This document shows, piece after piece, positions 36,463 through 46,154 of a stretch of 64,000 nt of DNA. The DNA comes from Desulforhopalus sp. (GTDB lineage Bacteria; Desulfobacterota; Desulfobulbia; Desulfobulbales; Desulfocapsaceae): NCBI GenBank assembly GCA_024710585.1, contig JANJUM010000097.1, positions 2,097-66,096 on the forward strand, in the 5' to 3' direction. A program made the position numbers and the translations under genes. Below the pieces are notes generated by a model. That model was not told the origin of the DNA. It did not search any database and worked only from the letters and a program-made list of their open reading frames with translations. How positions within the stretch are numbered: the first letter of the stretch is position 1; each line of letters begins with the position of its first letter.

Positions 36463-37584
36463 TCATTTCACACTGGCGACGATCTCGGCGGCGATGCGCT
36501 GCAGTGGCGTCACCACATCGACATAGCCCAGTTCCGCCGGGGCTTTGGGCATGCCGTAGACGACGCACGAGGCCTCGTCCTGACCAATGACATAGGCGCC
36601 TTTCTGCTTGAGGATTCCCAGCCCCTGGGTGCCGTCCGAGCCCATGCCGGTCATGATCACCGCCGTCGTCCGGCCGACGTAGTAATCGGCCACGGAGCGG
36701 AAGAGGTAGTCCACCGAAGGGCGGCAGGAATTCTCCGGGGGGTCGTCGGTGATCTTGATGCGCCGGTTGAGGCCGTCGGTGCCGGCGGTGAGCTTCATCT
36801 GCTTGCCGCCTGGTGCGATATAGACCATGTTGGGGAGGATGTTCTCGCCGTTGACCGCCTCTTTCACCGTCAACTGGCATTTCTTGTCGAGGCTCGCCGC
36901 AAGCGATTTGGTAAATACCGGCGGCATGTGCTGGACGATGAGCACCGGCACGCCGAGATCGCCGGGGAGCTGCGGCAGCATCTGGTTGAGGGCGTTGGGC
37001 CCGCCGGTGGAAATGCCAATAACGACGATCTCCGATTTGCCGCGACGCTGCACCGAAGGTTTGGCGATGGCCGCCGGCCGCGCCAGCGGCGCAGTCGCGG
37101 GCCGAGACAGGGCAGTGGCTGGAGCGGGCGAGGGCCTGCTCCGGCCGTAGAGGAGCTGCGTGGCGTGGCGCGACCTGGAAAACGCCTTGAACATCGGCTC
37201 CAGGGCGGCGCGCAGCTCCCGCTTGCTCTCTGTCTGGTTCTTGCTTTGCGGCTTGAGGATGAAGTCGAAGGCGCCGAGTTCGAGGGCGCGCATGGTCATG
37301 TCGCTGCCTTCCGAGGTCAGCGTCGAGACCATGATGGCGCCAATGCCAGGGTGCTTCTTTTGCAGCTCGGCCAGGACCTCGATGCCGTTCATCTCTGGCA
37401 TCTCGATGTCGAGGGTGAGGATGTCGGGCTTTAAGGTGGCGATTTTCGCCAAGGCGATCTTGCCGTTATGGGCCACCCCGGCGAGCTCTACACCGGGGAT
37501 CTCGTCAACGATATCTGAGACCGCCTTACGATAGACGATGGTGTCGTCGACCACCAGTACACGCAGGTTCTTGCTGCCGATCAT
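36463..37584 (-). CDS. cheB: Chemotaxis methylesterase CheB (REC plus esterase)
   Basis: LDIEMP REC; GISTGGP, VQHMP, RPSVDYLF, MTGMGSDG catalytic motifs. Confidence 0.97.
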   Translation of the reverse strand: MIGSKNLRVLVVDDTIVYRKAVSDIVDEIPGVELAGVAHNGKIALAKIATLKPDILTLDIEMPEMNGIEVLAELQKKHPGIGAIMVSTLTSEGSDMTMRALELGAFDFILKPQSKNQTESKRELRAALEPMFKAFSRSRHATQLLYGRSRPSPAPATALSRPATAPLARPAAIAKPSVQRRGKSEIVVIGISTGGPNALNQMLPQLPGDLGVPVLIVQHMPPVFTKSLAASLDKKCQLTVKEAVNGENILPNMVYIAPGGKQMKLTAGTDGLNRRIKITDDPPENSCRPSVDYLFRSVADYYVGRTTAVIMTGMGSDGTQGLGILKQKGAYVIGQDEASCVVYGMPKAPAELGYVDVVTPLQRIAAEIVASVK

Positions 37585-37590
37585 CGTCGC

Positions 37591-38049
37591 CTAGTCCTCG
37601 AAGCTGAGCACCTTGTCGACGTTGAGAATGCCGATGAGGGTGTTGTCGGTTTTATAGACGCCGGTGAAGTACTCGCCCTGAATGCCGCGCATATTGGCTG
37701 GCGCCGGCTCGCGGCGCTCCATGTCGGCGGAAACGACGTCGCTGATCTTGCGTACCAGCAGTCCTACCGCCCCACCGGACGAGTTGACGATGATGTTGCG
37801 CGGGTCCTGGGAGAGGTCGGTGGCGCCCAGGCCGAGCTTGAGGCCGAGGTCGATGATGGTGACGATCTGGCCGCGAAGGTTGAGGATGCCGACGACATAG
37901 TCCGGCGCCTGGGGCACCTTGGTCATCTGCATCAGTTTATTGATCTCCTGCACCTTGAGGATGTCCATGCCGCACAGGGCATCCCCGACAAAGAAGGTGG
38001 CGAGCTCGACTATCCGTTTGCTGTCTCCGATCGATCTGCTGTCAGCCAT
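37591..38049 (-). CDS. cheW: Chemotaxis coupling protein CheW
   Basis: ILKVQEI...TKVPQAPDYVVGILNLRGQIVTIIDL. Confidence 0.96.
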   Translation of the reverse strand: MADSRSIGDSKRIVELATFFVGDALCGMDILKVQEINKLMQMTKVPQAPDYVVGILNLRGQIVTIIDLGLKLGLGATDLSQDPRNIIVNSSGGAVGLLVRKISDVVSADMERREPAPANMRGIQGEYFTGVYKTDNTLIGILNVDKVLSFED

Positions 38050-38103
38050 AGTTATACCATAGTGGGAGGGCGAAGTGTCGGGCGGCGCTGGGCCGCCCCG
38101 GAA

Positions 38104-41028
38104 TCAATGCCTGCGCTTGACGTAATCGTGTACCGAGACCATCAGTCGCTCCTTGTCGAGCTTGATGTGGTATTCGTTGACGCCGACCGCCTGGCCCCTG
38201 GCGACGTCTTCTGCCGAGGCCAGGGTGGTCAGGGCGATGATCGGCAGCTTGCCGAATTTTTCGTCCTGGCGGATGCGCTGGGTGAGATCGAAGCCATTCA
38301 TATTGGGCATTTCGATATCGGTGACCAGCATGGTGATCTGGTCGCCGTACTCGTGCAGCTTGTCCCAGGCTTCTACCCCATCCTCGGCCTCGACGACATC
38401 GTAGCCGACCTCGGTCATGTACCCCTTGACCTGGTTGCGGAAGAACTTGGAGTCCTCGGCGATGAGGATGGTCGGCGCCTTGACGTCGCCTTCCGGCTCG
38501 AAGACCACTTTCTCGCGTTCGACGAACCACTGCGGATAAAGGGCCTGGGCCATCTCGTAGACGTTGACCAGCATGGTGGTGTGCTGGTCGATAATGATCG
38601 AGCCCATGATCCCCGGCTGGCTGAGGGTGACGTCGTCGATGTCGGCGTTGACCTCGATGGCGTCGATAGGACCGATGGCGAGAAGGCCCACCGCCCTTTT
38701 GGCGATATTGAAGACGATGACCAGCAGGTTGTCGTGGTCGGCCAGCGGTTTCACCGAGGCCATGTCGTCGATGCACATCAGGCTGAGGCTGCCGCCGCGG
38801 TACTTCATGACCCGCTTGCCGCCAAGGTCTTCTATATCGTTGCGGCTGATCTTCTCGATGCGTTCCACCTGGTTGAGCGGCACGGCGAAGTGTTCGGTCT
38901 CCGAGCTCTTGAAGATGAGCAGTGACTGGCGGTCTTTCTGGGCGCGCAGGGCGTCGGCCTCGGCCTTGGCCACCTCGGAGGCGCGGTCCGAGCCATCGAG
39001 GGAGGTGAGGCGTGCCATGCGCGCCAGGTTGGCGACGTCGAGGATGAGAGCGATGCGGCCATCACCCATGATGGTCGCTCCGGCGTAGCCCTTGCATTGT
39101 TGGAGATGACGACCGAGGGGCTTGATGACGATTTCTTCCGAGTCGAGCAGACGGTCGACGATGAGGCCGTATTTCATCGCCCCGGTGGAGACGACGACGA
39201 TGTTGAGGGCGCTGGAGGCAGAGTTGCGACGGTCGAGCACCGAGCGTGGCGGATGGTCGTTCCTCCCTCCTTGCCGCTTGTCTTGTTCGTTCTGGCTGCG
39301 GAACAGCGGCGATTCCTTGCTGCGGCGATCGGCGGTGTTCTCGCGACGGTCCGGCTTGACTTCTTCGTTGTTGAGGTCGTAATAAGTGCGTTCGATGCCG
39401 ATGACGTCGGCGAGGCGGATGAGCGGCAGCAGGGTGCCACGCAGGCGCACTACCTCGGCGTCGCCGACGCGCTCAACACGGTTTTGCACCTGGGCAGCGG
39501 GGATGCGCAGCAGCTCCTCGAGGTTGACCTGGGGGATAGCGTAGCGCTCGCCTCCTGTTTCGATGATCTGACAGGGGATGATCGCCAGGGTCAGCGGCAG
39601 CTTGATGGAGATGGTGGTGCCGGCGCCCTTGGTGGAAATGATGTCGACGTGTCCCCCCAGCTGGTCAAGGTTGGTCTTGACGACGTCCATGCCAACACCG
39701 CGGCCGGAAACATCGGTCACCTCCTTGGCGGTGGAGAAGCCGGGAAGGAAGATGAGGTTGATCTTCTCCTTATCCGACATCACCTGGGCCTGTTCCGGCG
39801 AGAGCAGGCCCTTGCTGACGGCACTGGCGGCAAGGGCTTCGCCGTCGAGGCCCTTGCCGTCGTCGCTAATCTCGATGACTACCTGGCCGGCTTCGTGATA
39901 GGCCTTGAGCACCACCAGGCCGATCTCGGACTTGCCGATGCGTTTGCGGTCAGCAGGCTTCTCGATACCGTGATCGACCGAATTGCGCACCAGATGGGTG
40001 AGGGGGTCGTTGATGGCCTCGATGATGGTTTTGTCGAGTTCGACGTCCTTGCCGACAATGGTCAGGTCGATGGTTTTGCCGAGCTTCTTGGCGAGGTCGC
40101 GCACCACCCGCGGGAACTTGCTGAAGACGTTGCCGATGGGCTGCATGCGGGTGAGCATGATCGCTTCCTGCAGTTCCGAGGTAATGAGGTCGATACGTTG
40201 GCCGACCGCCTCGGCGTTGCGCAGGTCGTCGCTGCCAATAGTCTGCAGGAGTTGGTTGCGGCTCAGTACCAGTTCGCCGGCGAGATTCATCAGGGAGTCG
40301 AGCAGGCTGACATGCACGCGCAGAGTGGTCTCGGTCTTGGCAGGCGGCCCAGCCGTCTTGCTGCGGCTTCCGCCACGCGCCGGAGCGGTAAAGTCGTTGG
40401 CGTCGGTACTGTCGTCCTCTATATTGTCGCCGTTGGCCTCAATGTCGTCGTCTTCGGCGTCTGCCTCGGCTTCGACGATGCTTTCCGCCTGAGTTGCGGG
40501 TGGCTCCGGTGGGGCGGGAGTCTCCGCCAGAGGAACTGGTTTAGACTCCACACTGGCCGGGGCTTTCGCCGGCGCCGGTGGTTCCGGGGGAGGCGCGGCT
40601 TTGGCTGCACGCTGCGGCGCGTCGACGGCAGATTGACTGTATGTGCCGTCGGCGATGGCGTTAAGCGGCACGAGGTGGGCTGAGATGTCGACCTCGTTGC
40701 TGTTATGGACGTCCTCGATCATGCTCTGCAGCTGATCGGAGGCGATCAGCAGGACATTGATAATCTCCGGCGTGGGGATGAGCTTCTTGCTGCGGATCAG
40801 CCCGAGGACATTTTCGGTGGCGTGACTGAGCTCCTGAATGGTGGTCAGGCCCATGAAGCCGGCGCCGCCCTTGATCGAATGGGCAGCACGGAAGACTTTG
40901 TTGACGAGGTCTTCGTCGATATCGGCGCCACGTTCCTCGATAGCCAGCAGGTCGTTTTCGATGTCCGCCAGATGTTCCAAGGATTCTTCGATAAAGCCCT
41001 GCAAGATTTCGTCGTCTTCGATTTCCAT
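38104..41028 (-). CDS. cheA: Hybrid chemotaxis kinase CheA (HPt-dimer-HATPase-CheW-CheW-REC)
   Basis: FRAAHSIKG HPt His; HLVRNSVDHG, SDDGKG, LPGFST and GRGVGMDVV boxes; two CheW-like domains; C-terminal REC (AEDS, VTDIEMP). Confidence 0.96.
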   Translation of the reverse strand: MEIEDDEILQGFIEESLEHLADIENDLLAIEERGADIDEDLVNKVFRAAHSIKGGAGFMGLTTIQELSHATENVLGLIRSKKLIPTPEIINVLLIASDQLQSMIEDVHNSNEVDISAHLVPLNAIADGTYSQSAVDAPQRAAKAAPPPEPPAPAKAPASVESKPVPLAETPAPPEPPATQAESIVEAEADAEDDDIEANGDNIEDDSTDANDFTAPARGGSRSKTAGPPAKTETTLRVHVSLLDSLMNLAGELVLSRNQLLQTIGSDDLRNAEAVGQRIDLITSELQEAIMLTRMQPIGNVFSKFPRVVRDLAKKLGKTIDLTIVGKDVELDKTIIEAINDPLTHLVRNSVDHGIEKPADRKRIGKSEIGLVVLKAYHEAGQVVIEISDDGKGLDGEALAASAVSKGLLSPEQAQVMSDKEKINLIFLPGFSTAKEVTDVSGRGVGMDVVKTNLDQLGGHVDIISTKGAGTTISIKLPLTLAIIPCQIIETGGERYAIPQVNLEELLRIPAAQVQNRVERVGDAEVVRLRGTLLPLIRLADVIGIERTYYDLNNEEVKPDRRENTADRRSKESPLFRSQNEQDKRQGGRNDHPPRSVLDRRNSASSALNIVVVSTGAMKYGLIVDRLLDSEEIVIKPLGRHLQQCKGYAGATIMGDGRIALILDVANLARMARLTSLDGSDRASEVAKAEADALRAQKDRQSLLIFKSSETEHFAVPLNQVERIEKISRNDIEDLGGKRVMKYRGGSLSLMCIDDMASVKPLADHDNLLVIVFNIAKRAVGLLAIGPIDAIEVNADIDDVTLSQPGIMGSIIIDQHTTMLVNVYEMAQALYPQWFVEREKVVFEPEGDVKAPTILIAEDSKFFRNQVKGYMTEVGYDVVEAEDGVEAWDKLHEYGDQITMLVTDIEMPNMNGFDLTQRIRQDEKFGKLPIIALTTLASAEDVARGQAVGVNEYHIKLDKERLMVSVHDYVKRRH

Positions 41029-41110
41029 ATTGTGCTCCTGCGTGAGGTTGATTGTCCTGCTCCTTCACCGATGGTTATACATGGCGAACGGGGAATGTAC
41101 AGGCGGGAGC

Positions 41111-41136
41111 AAAAAAAAATCGCAACAACAGGTTGC
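41111..41136 (-). terminator. Possible intrinsic terminator after the FKBP gene
   Basis: Minus strand GCAAC-CTGTT-GTTGC-GA followed by T9; the stem is short. Confidence 0.45.
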
Positions 41137-41181
41137 CTAGGAAGGGCGCCGCGACCTGAGGCCGCGGCAAGGCGGGGAATC

Positions 41182-41640
41182 TCAGCTCGGGGTGCCGGGA
41201 TTGGCGGAGATTTCAAGGAGAGTGAGGCTATAAGTGAGGTGATGGCCGGCCAGTGGGTGGTTGTAGTCGACGGTAAGGCGACTGCCTTCCACTGCGATGA
41301 CTGTTGCCGGAACCTGGGCCTCGCCCCCCTCCCGGTTCACACGGAGTTGGACGATCATGCCAGGTTTTGGCTTTAGCTGGTCGATAAGTTGCTGGCTATC
41401 GATGGTCTGCAACAACTCTTTGAGCCTCGGGCCATAGCCCTCCTCAGGGGGGATGCGGATTTTTTTCGTCTCGCCGACTTTCATGGCTAGAATGCCGGCT
41501 TCAAGGGTTGGCGGCAAGTCGGAATTACCGAGAACCGCTTGAGCCGGCTTGCCTTCCTCTGAAGCGATGAAGACCTCGCCATTGTCAAGCAGGCCTGTGT
41601 AGGTGAAAACAACCAGATCGTTGGGGTTGGGGGTGGACAT
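41182..41640 (-). CDS. FKBP-type peptidyl-prolyl isomerase, SlyD-like without the His-rich tail
   Basis: IRIPPEEGYGPR and VDYNHPLAGHHLTY motifs with an IF insert. Start re-set to ATG 41640 behind GAGGAGA. Confidence 0.9.
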   Translation of the reverse strand: MSTPNPNDLVVFTYTGLLDNGEVFIASEEGKPAQAVLGNSDLPPTLEAGILAMKVGETKKIRIPPEEGYGPRLKELLQTIDSQQLIDQLKPKPGMIVQLRVNREGGEAQVPATVIAVEGSRLTVDYNHPLAGHHLTYSLTLLEISANPGTPS

Positions 41641-41978
41641 GGGTGTCACGTCTCCTCGAGTTTTGATAGATGTGGGCAAGGAAGGCGGGGCCTCCTATGG
41701 ATTTCTTATAAGCCAGCATACTATAGGGAGGTACTCTTTCAATGCAAGGGGCAAGAAAGGATGGGTGGGCTTGCCTGGTAGAACGCGGCAGGGGGAGAAG
41801 GCAAGGAAGATGGAAAAACCACGACCTGCGGATTTCTTTACACCGTTATCTCAACAGGTTCCATGGTCTGTGCGAAAGTTAACCTTTGTGTTCTTGTTGG
41901 GATGACCTTGGTGCAGCCGGGGCGAGATGAATATGCAGGAAAAGCAGTCAGATATGCAAGCGCTCATGAGGGTGGCAG

Positions 41979-42019
41979 TACGTCATATTCGTCATGGCGC
42001 CCATGGCGAATATGACGTA
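41979..42019. repeat. 19-bp inverted repeat with a 3-nt loop
   Basis: TACGTCATATTCGTCATGG-CGC-CCATGGCGAATATGACGTA; one mismatch, which is a G-U pair on the plus strand. Confidence 0.9.
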
Positions 42020-42157
42020 TCGGTCGATACCGCGTAACCACGAGAGCATGACTTTCTGGTTGAAAGGGTGCCAATCGGACTTTGTCTTTTGCGCCAACCA
42101 GGGTGATGAGAAGAGAATCGCTGTTGGAACGTAACCAGACCAGGATTGGTGTGGTTC

Positions 42158-42817
42158 TCAGAGGCAAAAGTTATCCCGGTGCCGCTCACCTTGACAACCT
42201 TTTTTCTGCCTGCGGGATGCAATCAGACCAGCTATGCCGATGCCGAAGAGGGTCATGCTTACTGGTTCTGGAACAGGGGCCGCTTCAGTTGTGGTAAGGT
42301 TTGCTATACCGATATACGCTCCAGAAAGAGTGAAATACTTTATCTGGGCAGTGGTTTCGAGGAAGCCATAGAACATTCCCGAATTATTACCGCCCCCCGT
42401 TGAGAAGTTGACCGTTGTGGTTTCTATAAGAGCGCTTGTTGAATCATAAGCCGATATGACAGGGGTGCCATAGCCTGGAGCGTAATTTATAAAGCCGCCG
42501 ACTCCGGTTATGGGGGTCGTGAACTCAAATGTCATCGTGGAAGTCCTGTCGTTGGTGCCGGCCATTATCAATCCTTGGCCCCAGTAGCCATTCGAGTTAA
42601 ATCCATAACCGTTGTCATAGCCGAATACAGATTGATCATATTCGCTGTACCACGTAATTCCTTCTCCAAAATTCTTGGGACCTGTGCCGAAGTAATCGAT
42701 ATTCGGCATCGAATTTATTGTTCCGCCGGGCAACGAATTGACAACAGTCGAGTTTGACATCTCTGCTGCCGCAAAAAACAGCAAACAAGTTGCCGCTCCA
42801 ATCAACAAGCTTTTCAA
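42158..42817 (-). CDS. PEP-CTERM sorting-domain protein (3rd in operon)
   Basis: Signal peptide; Thr/Gly/Ser-rich beta body; C-terminal VPEPVSMTLFGIGIAGLIASRRQKK; TTG start with GGGAGA RBS. Confidence 0.9.
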   Translation of the reverse strand: MKSLLIGAATCLLFFAAAEMSNSTVVNSLPGGTINSMPNIDYFGTGPKNFGEGITWYSEYDQSVFGYDNGYGFNSNGYWGQGLIMAGTNDRTSTMTFEFTTPITGVGGFINYAPGYGTPVISAYDSTSALIETTTVNFSTGGGNNSGMFYGFLETTAQIKYFTLSGAYIGIANLTTTEAAPVPEPVSMTLFGIGIAGLIASRRQKKGCQGERHRDNFCL

Positions 42818-42913
42818 AATTTATTCTCCCTGATTCTTCTTAAAGCTTCTCTTCACTTGATAAATTTCACAAGGGTCGTGAAAAACAAAGTCTTCTCGCC
42901 CGTAAATGTGAAC

Positions 42914-43495
42914 TCATTTCTTTCGCCGTACAACTGCGAGTCCGACAATGCCAACTCCAATGAGAAACACCGTCGCCGGTTCGGGTGTTTGGCTAACGCT
43001 CATTCTGTACTCTATATTGTCAATAATCTCGATGAGAGGTGTGTCGTAATAGATCTCGGCATAGTTGAAGAGGCCCGTTCCGGCTAAAGACTGATTCATT
43101 TTGTCGTCCCAGTTTGCAGTAAGGGAATAGGTCGCAACCGATTGCCCGTCGAGGTAGAGATCTAAATGCATCTTGCCGAATGGTGATCCGAAGCCAGGGT
43201 GGTCGTTGCCAAACTCAAATGAAAGATAATCGTAGTATCTTGAGAATGAGAGTTGCAATTTGCTGAGATCGTCCCTAAAAACGGCAAGCGCGTTTGAATA
43301 GTTCGATTCCGAGAACGATCCTGTCAGAAGACCAGCGCCAATAGAATCTGTGAGAGTGACGTCACCGATCGTAAAGCTTGCGCCACTGAAATTGATTCCG
43401 GTGAAATCGATAATGGTCGCCTGGGCTGTTCCGAATGTGCAAAAAATGGCGACGCCAATGGCAATTCGTTGCAAAGATGGTTTCATGATATTCAT
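42914..43495 (-). CDS. PEP-CTERM sorting-domain protein (2nd in operon)
   Basis: Signal peptide ending AQA; C-terminal TPEPATVFLIGVGIVGLAVVRRKK. The start may be ATG 43486. Confidence 0.92.
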   Translation of the reverse strand: MNIMKPSLQRIAIGVAIFCTFGTAQATIIDFTGINFSGASFTIGDVTLTDSIGAGLLTGSFSESNYSNALAVFRDDLSKLQLSFSRYYDYLSFEFGNDHPGFGSPFGKMHLDLYLDGQSVATYSLTANWDDKMNQSLAGTGLFNYAEIYYDTPLIEIIDNIEYRMSVSQTPEPATVFLIGVGIVGLAVVRRKK

Positions 43496-43570
43496 TCCTT
43501 GTGGCGAGTGTTCCTAAAAGCTATGTATATCTGAAATGCTATGATACAAGCTCTGTGGTTGTTTCTTCGG

Positions 43571-44362
43571 TTACTGGCGACCTTTTCTCCTGCATGCAGC
43601 CGCTAAACCGATTATTCCGACGCCAAAGATGAGCATGGCGGCCGGTTCGGGAACCGGATTGAGGTCATGGGAATAAACATATGAGAGGATATTTTCACGT
43701 AGCTCAAGCGAGTACGGTGATTGATAGTTTACTGTCGTCATGCCTCCGAACATGACGTAACCTGCCCCATAGTTCATTTCCGCCAAGACCATTTCACTCC
43801 TTTCGTCACTTGTGATGAGACCGGTCACTCCAGCGCCATAAAAGGTTGCATGGCTGAAGAAATTACCTGTAAATTGATATCCAGTGTTTCCGTACGGGCC
43901 GGTAAAGATCGGATGCAAAGGATCGGATCCAGTCACGTTACGCGACACATAAGTGTTGTCTAGATTGAAATTGAGGTGGATTCCGCCGAAACCAAGATCC
44001 ATCCCATCGCCTTCGTTGGGTGCGGAATTGATAAAGAGGCGACCGCCACTTGAAACCCAGTTTTCTACGGCTGCTCCGTTGGCAGCGAGAAAGTTTTCCA
44101 GTTCGTCAGCCGTAAAATCGCCACCCTCCATAAAGATGAAGGATGTCAACGTGGAAAAGAGAATGTCGGTGTTGACGGTTTCGTAGCGAAGATCAGCCCA
44201 GTTTCCTGCGCTGAAGACCGCGTTCATGGCCTGTTCGTTGCTGCTTTGATACCACGGTTGTCCTACATTTGAGCGCAGATAGGTGATGGAACTGGCATCT
44301 GCAAACGCCGCTGCTCCAATCATCAGTGCACCCACCGCTACAGCAGCCCAAATACCCCTCAT
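43571..44362 (-). CDS. PEP-CTERM sorting-domain protein (1st in operon)
   Basis: Signal peptide; alpha/beta body with WVSSGGRLFI; C-terminal VPEPAAMLIFGVGIIGLAAACRRK; AAGGAGG RBS. Confidence 0.92.
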   Translation of the reverse strand: MRGIWAAVAVGALMIGAAAFADASSITYLRSNVGQPWYQSSNEQAMNAVFSAGNWADLRYETVNTDILFSTLTSFIFMEGGDFTADELENFLAANGAAVENWVSSGGRLFINSAPNEGDGMDLGFGGIHLNFNLDNTYVSRNVTGSDPLHPIFTGPYGNTGYQFTGNFFSHATFYGAGVTGLITSDERSEMVLAEMNYGAGYVMFGGMTTVNYQSPYSLELRENILSYVYSHDLNPVPEPAAMLIFGVGIIGLAAACRRKGRQ

Positions 44363-44435
44363 AATCCAACCTCCTTGAATACGTAAAAATACTTATTACC
44401 TAACCCATAGAAACTAGTTTGTAGTATAAAAGCCT

Positions 44436-44451
44436 AGCAATTATAATACCA
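44436..44451 (-). promoter_or_regulatory. Candidate sigma54 promoter of the PEP-CTERM operon
   Basis: Minus strand TGGTATTATAATTGCT with exact spacing, 74 nt upstream of the start. Confidence 0.6.
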
Positions 44452-44529
44452 GATATTTTCTGCTTGTGGGGAGGCTGGTAATACAGGTGTAATCCATTTT
44501 ATTGCTTGTTGATGGAGCATCAAACAGAG

Positions 44530-44563
44530 CGGAAATCCGGAAATAGTGTACGGAAAACCGGAA
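44530..44563. promoter_or_regulatory. Phased direct repeat, candidate upstream activator sequence
   Basis: CGGAAATCCGGAA (44530) and CGGAAAACCGGAA (44551), 21-bp period, about 80 bp upstream of the sigma54 motif. Confidence 0.5.
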
Positions 44564-44762
44564 GATGCGGGGGCCGAGGTTGTTGGGCATCGCTTGCCCA
44601 GATCAATTCTCATGAGAGAAATCCTTGCATGAAACCTGCGAATCATGGCGTGCGTTGCACCGATACAGCAATCTGCCTGAAGGCGTTAAGCCCATCGCTT
44701 GCATGGTGTTTCAGCGCAGGCGCCCCGTTCTTGTCCTGGCTGGACAAAACTTCCTCGACTGC

Positions 44763-44791
44763 TTGACAAAGGCGCATGGGCTGTCTAGTTT
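44763..44791 (+). promoter_or_regulatory. Candidate sigma70 promoter for hisI-hisG-engB
   Basis: TTGACA-N17-TAGTTT, about 50 nt before hisI. Confidence 0.55.
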
Positions 44792-44841
44792 TAGCGTCTT
44801 TTTAGAGTGCACTTCAGATAATTCTCCTGGTAAAAACGACC

Positions 44842-45228
44842 ATGACCTCCCTCAATTTTCAAAAATCCCCGGATGGGTTGCTGCCCGCCGTGGCTCAGGA
44901 CTGGCAGAGCAAAGAGGTGCTGATGCTCGCCTATATCAACGAAACCGCTTGGGAAAGGACCCTGGCGACTGGAAAGGCCCATTACTGGAGCCGCTCCCGC
45001 AACTCGCTGTGGCTGAAGGGCGAAAGCTCGGGGCATGTGCAGCTCATCCGTGAAATCCTCGTCGACTGTGACGAGGACACCGTCATCTACCTGGTTGAAC
45101 AGCTGGGCGGTGCTGCCTGTCATACCGGACATCGCTCGTGTTTTTATCGTCGCCTGCAAGACGACGAGCTGGTTGCGATCGGCGAGAAGGTCTTCGATCC
45201 GGAGACCGTTTACGGCAGGAAAAAGTAA
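44842..45228 (+). CDS. hisI: Phosphoribosyl-AMP cyclohydrolase
   Basis: [24 protein letters not shown] and [11 protein letters not shown] metal-binding motifs. Confidence 0.96.
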   Translation: MTSLNFQKSPDGLLPAVAQDWQSKEVLMLAYINETAWERTLATGKAHYWSRSRNSLWLKGESSGHVQLIREILVDCDEDTVIYLVEQLGGAACHTGHRSCFYRRLQDDELVAIGEKVFDPETVYGRKK

Positions 45229-45269
45229 CGCCGCGAAGTGGGCGAGAAGAGAAGAAGGAGAACGCGATA

Positions 45270-46142
45270 ATGAAACAGCTGAAACTGGGATTGCCGAAAG
45301 GCAGCCTCGAAGTGGCCACCATAGAACTTTTCGAGAAAGCCGGCTGGCTGATCAAACCGGCAGCGCGCAACTACTTTCCGAAGATTGACGATCCCGAACT
45401 TGATTGCTCTATCTGCCGGCCTCAGGAGATGTCCCGCTATGTCGAAGGCGGCATGCTCGATGCCGGCATCACCGGCAAGGACTGGACCATGGAGAACGAC
45501 TCGGACACGGTCCTCGTCTGCGACCTCATCTATTCCAAGGTGAGCAAGCGTCCGACCCGCTGGGTCATCGCCGTCGCCGGCGATTCGGAGGTCAGAACCA
45601 TCAATGACCTTCACGGCAAGAAAATCTCCACCGAACTGGTCAACGTCACCCGCCGCTTTTTCGCCGACAAGGGTATCGATGTCGACATCGAGTTCTCCTG
45701 GGGAGCCACCGAGGCCAAGGTGGTTTCCGGCCTCGCCGACGCCATCGTCGAGGTCACCGAGACGGAAAGCACCATTCGCGCCCATGGGCTGCGCATCATC
45801 CACGAACTGATGCAGTCCAACACCCAGTTCATCGCCAATCGAGCGGCCTGGGAAGATCCATGGAAGAGGGAAAAAATCGAGAATATCGCCCTGCTCCTGC
45901 AGGGGGCCCTGCGCGCCGACCGAATCGTCGGTCTCAAGATGAACGTCCCCGACGCCATCATCGAAGAAATCGTCGCCATCCTGCCGAGCATCAACGCCCC
46001 CACTGTCGCCAGCCTCTACAACCAGGACTGGTACTCGGTGGAGACGGTGGTTTCCGAGGACATCGTCCGCGATCTTATCCCCAAGTTGAAGAAACTCGGG
46101 GCAGAGGGCATCATCGAATATTCGCTCAACAAGGTCATCTGA
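45270..46142 (+). CDS. hisG: ATP phosphoribosyltransferase (long form)
   Basis: [43 protein letters not shown] and a C-terminal regulatory domain. Start re-set to ATG 45270 behind AAGGAG. Confidence 0.96.
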   Translation: MKQLKLGLPKGSLEVATIELFEKAGWLIKPAARNYFPKIDDPELDCSICRPQEMSRYVEGGMLDAGITGKDWTMENDSDTVLVCDLIYSKVSKRPTRWVIAVAGDSEVRTINDLHGKKISTELVNVTRRFFADKGIDVDIEFSWGATEAKVVSGLADAIVEVTETESTIRAHGLRIIHELMQSNTQFIANRAAWEDPWKREKIENIALLLQGALRADRIVGLKMNVPDAIIEEIVAILPSINAPTVASLYNQDWYSVETVVSEDIVRDLIPKLKKLGAEGIIEYSLNKVI

Positions 46143-46154
46143 GAGAGAGCGTCC

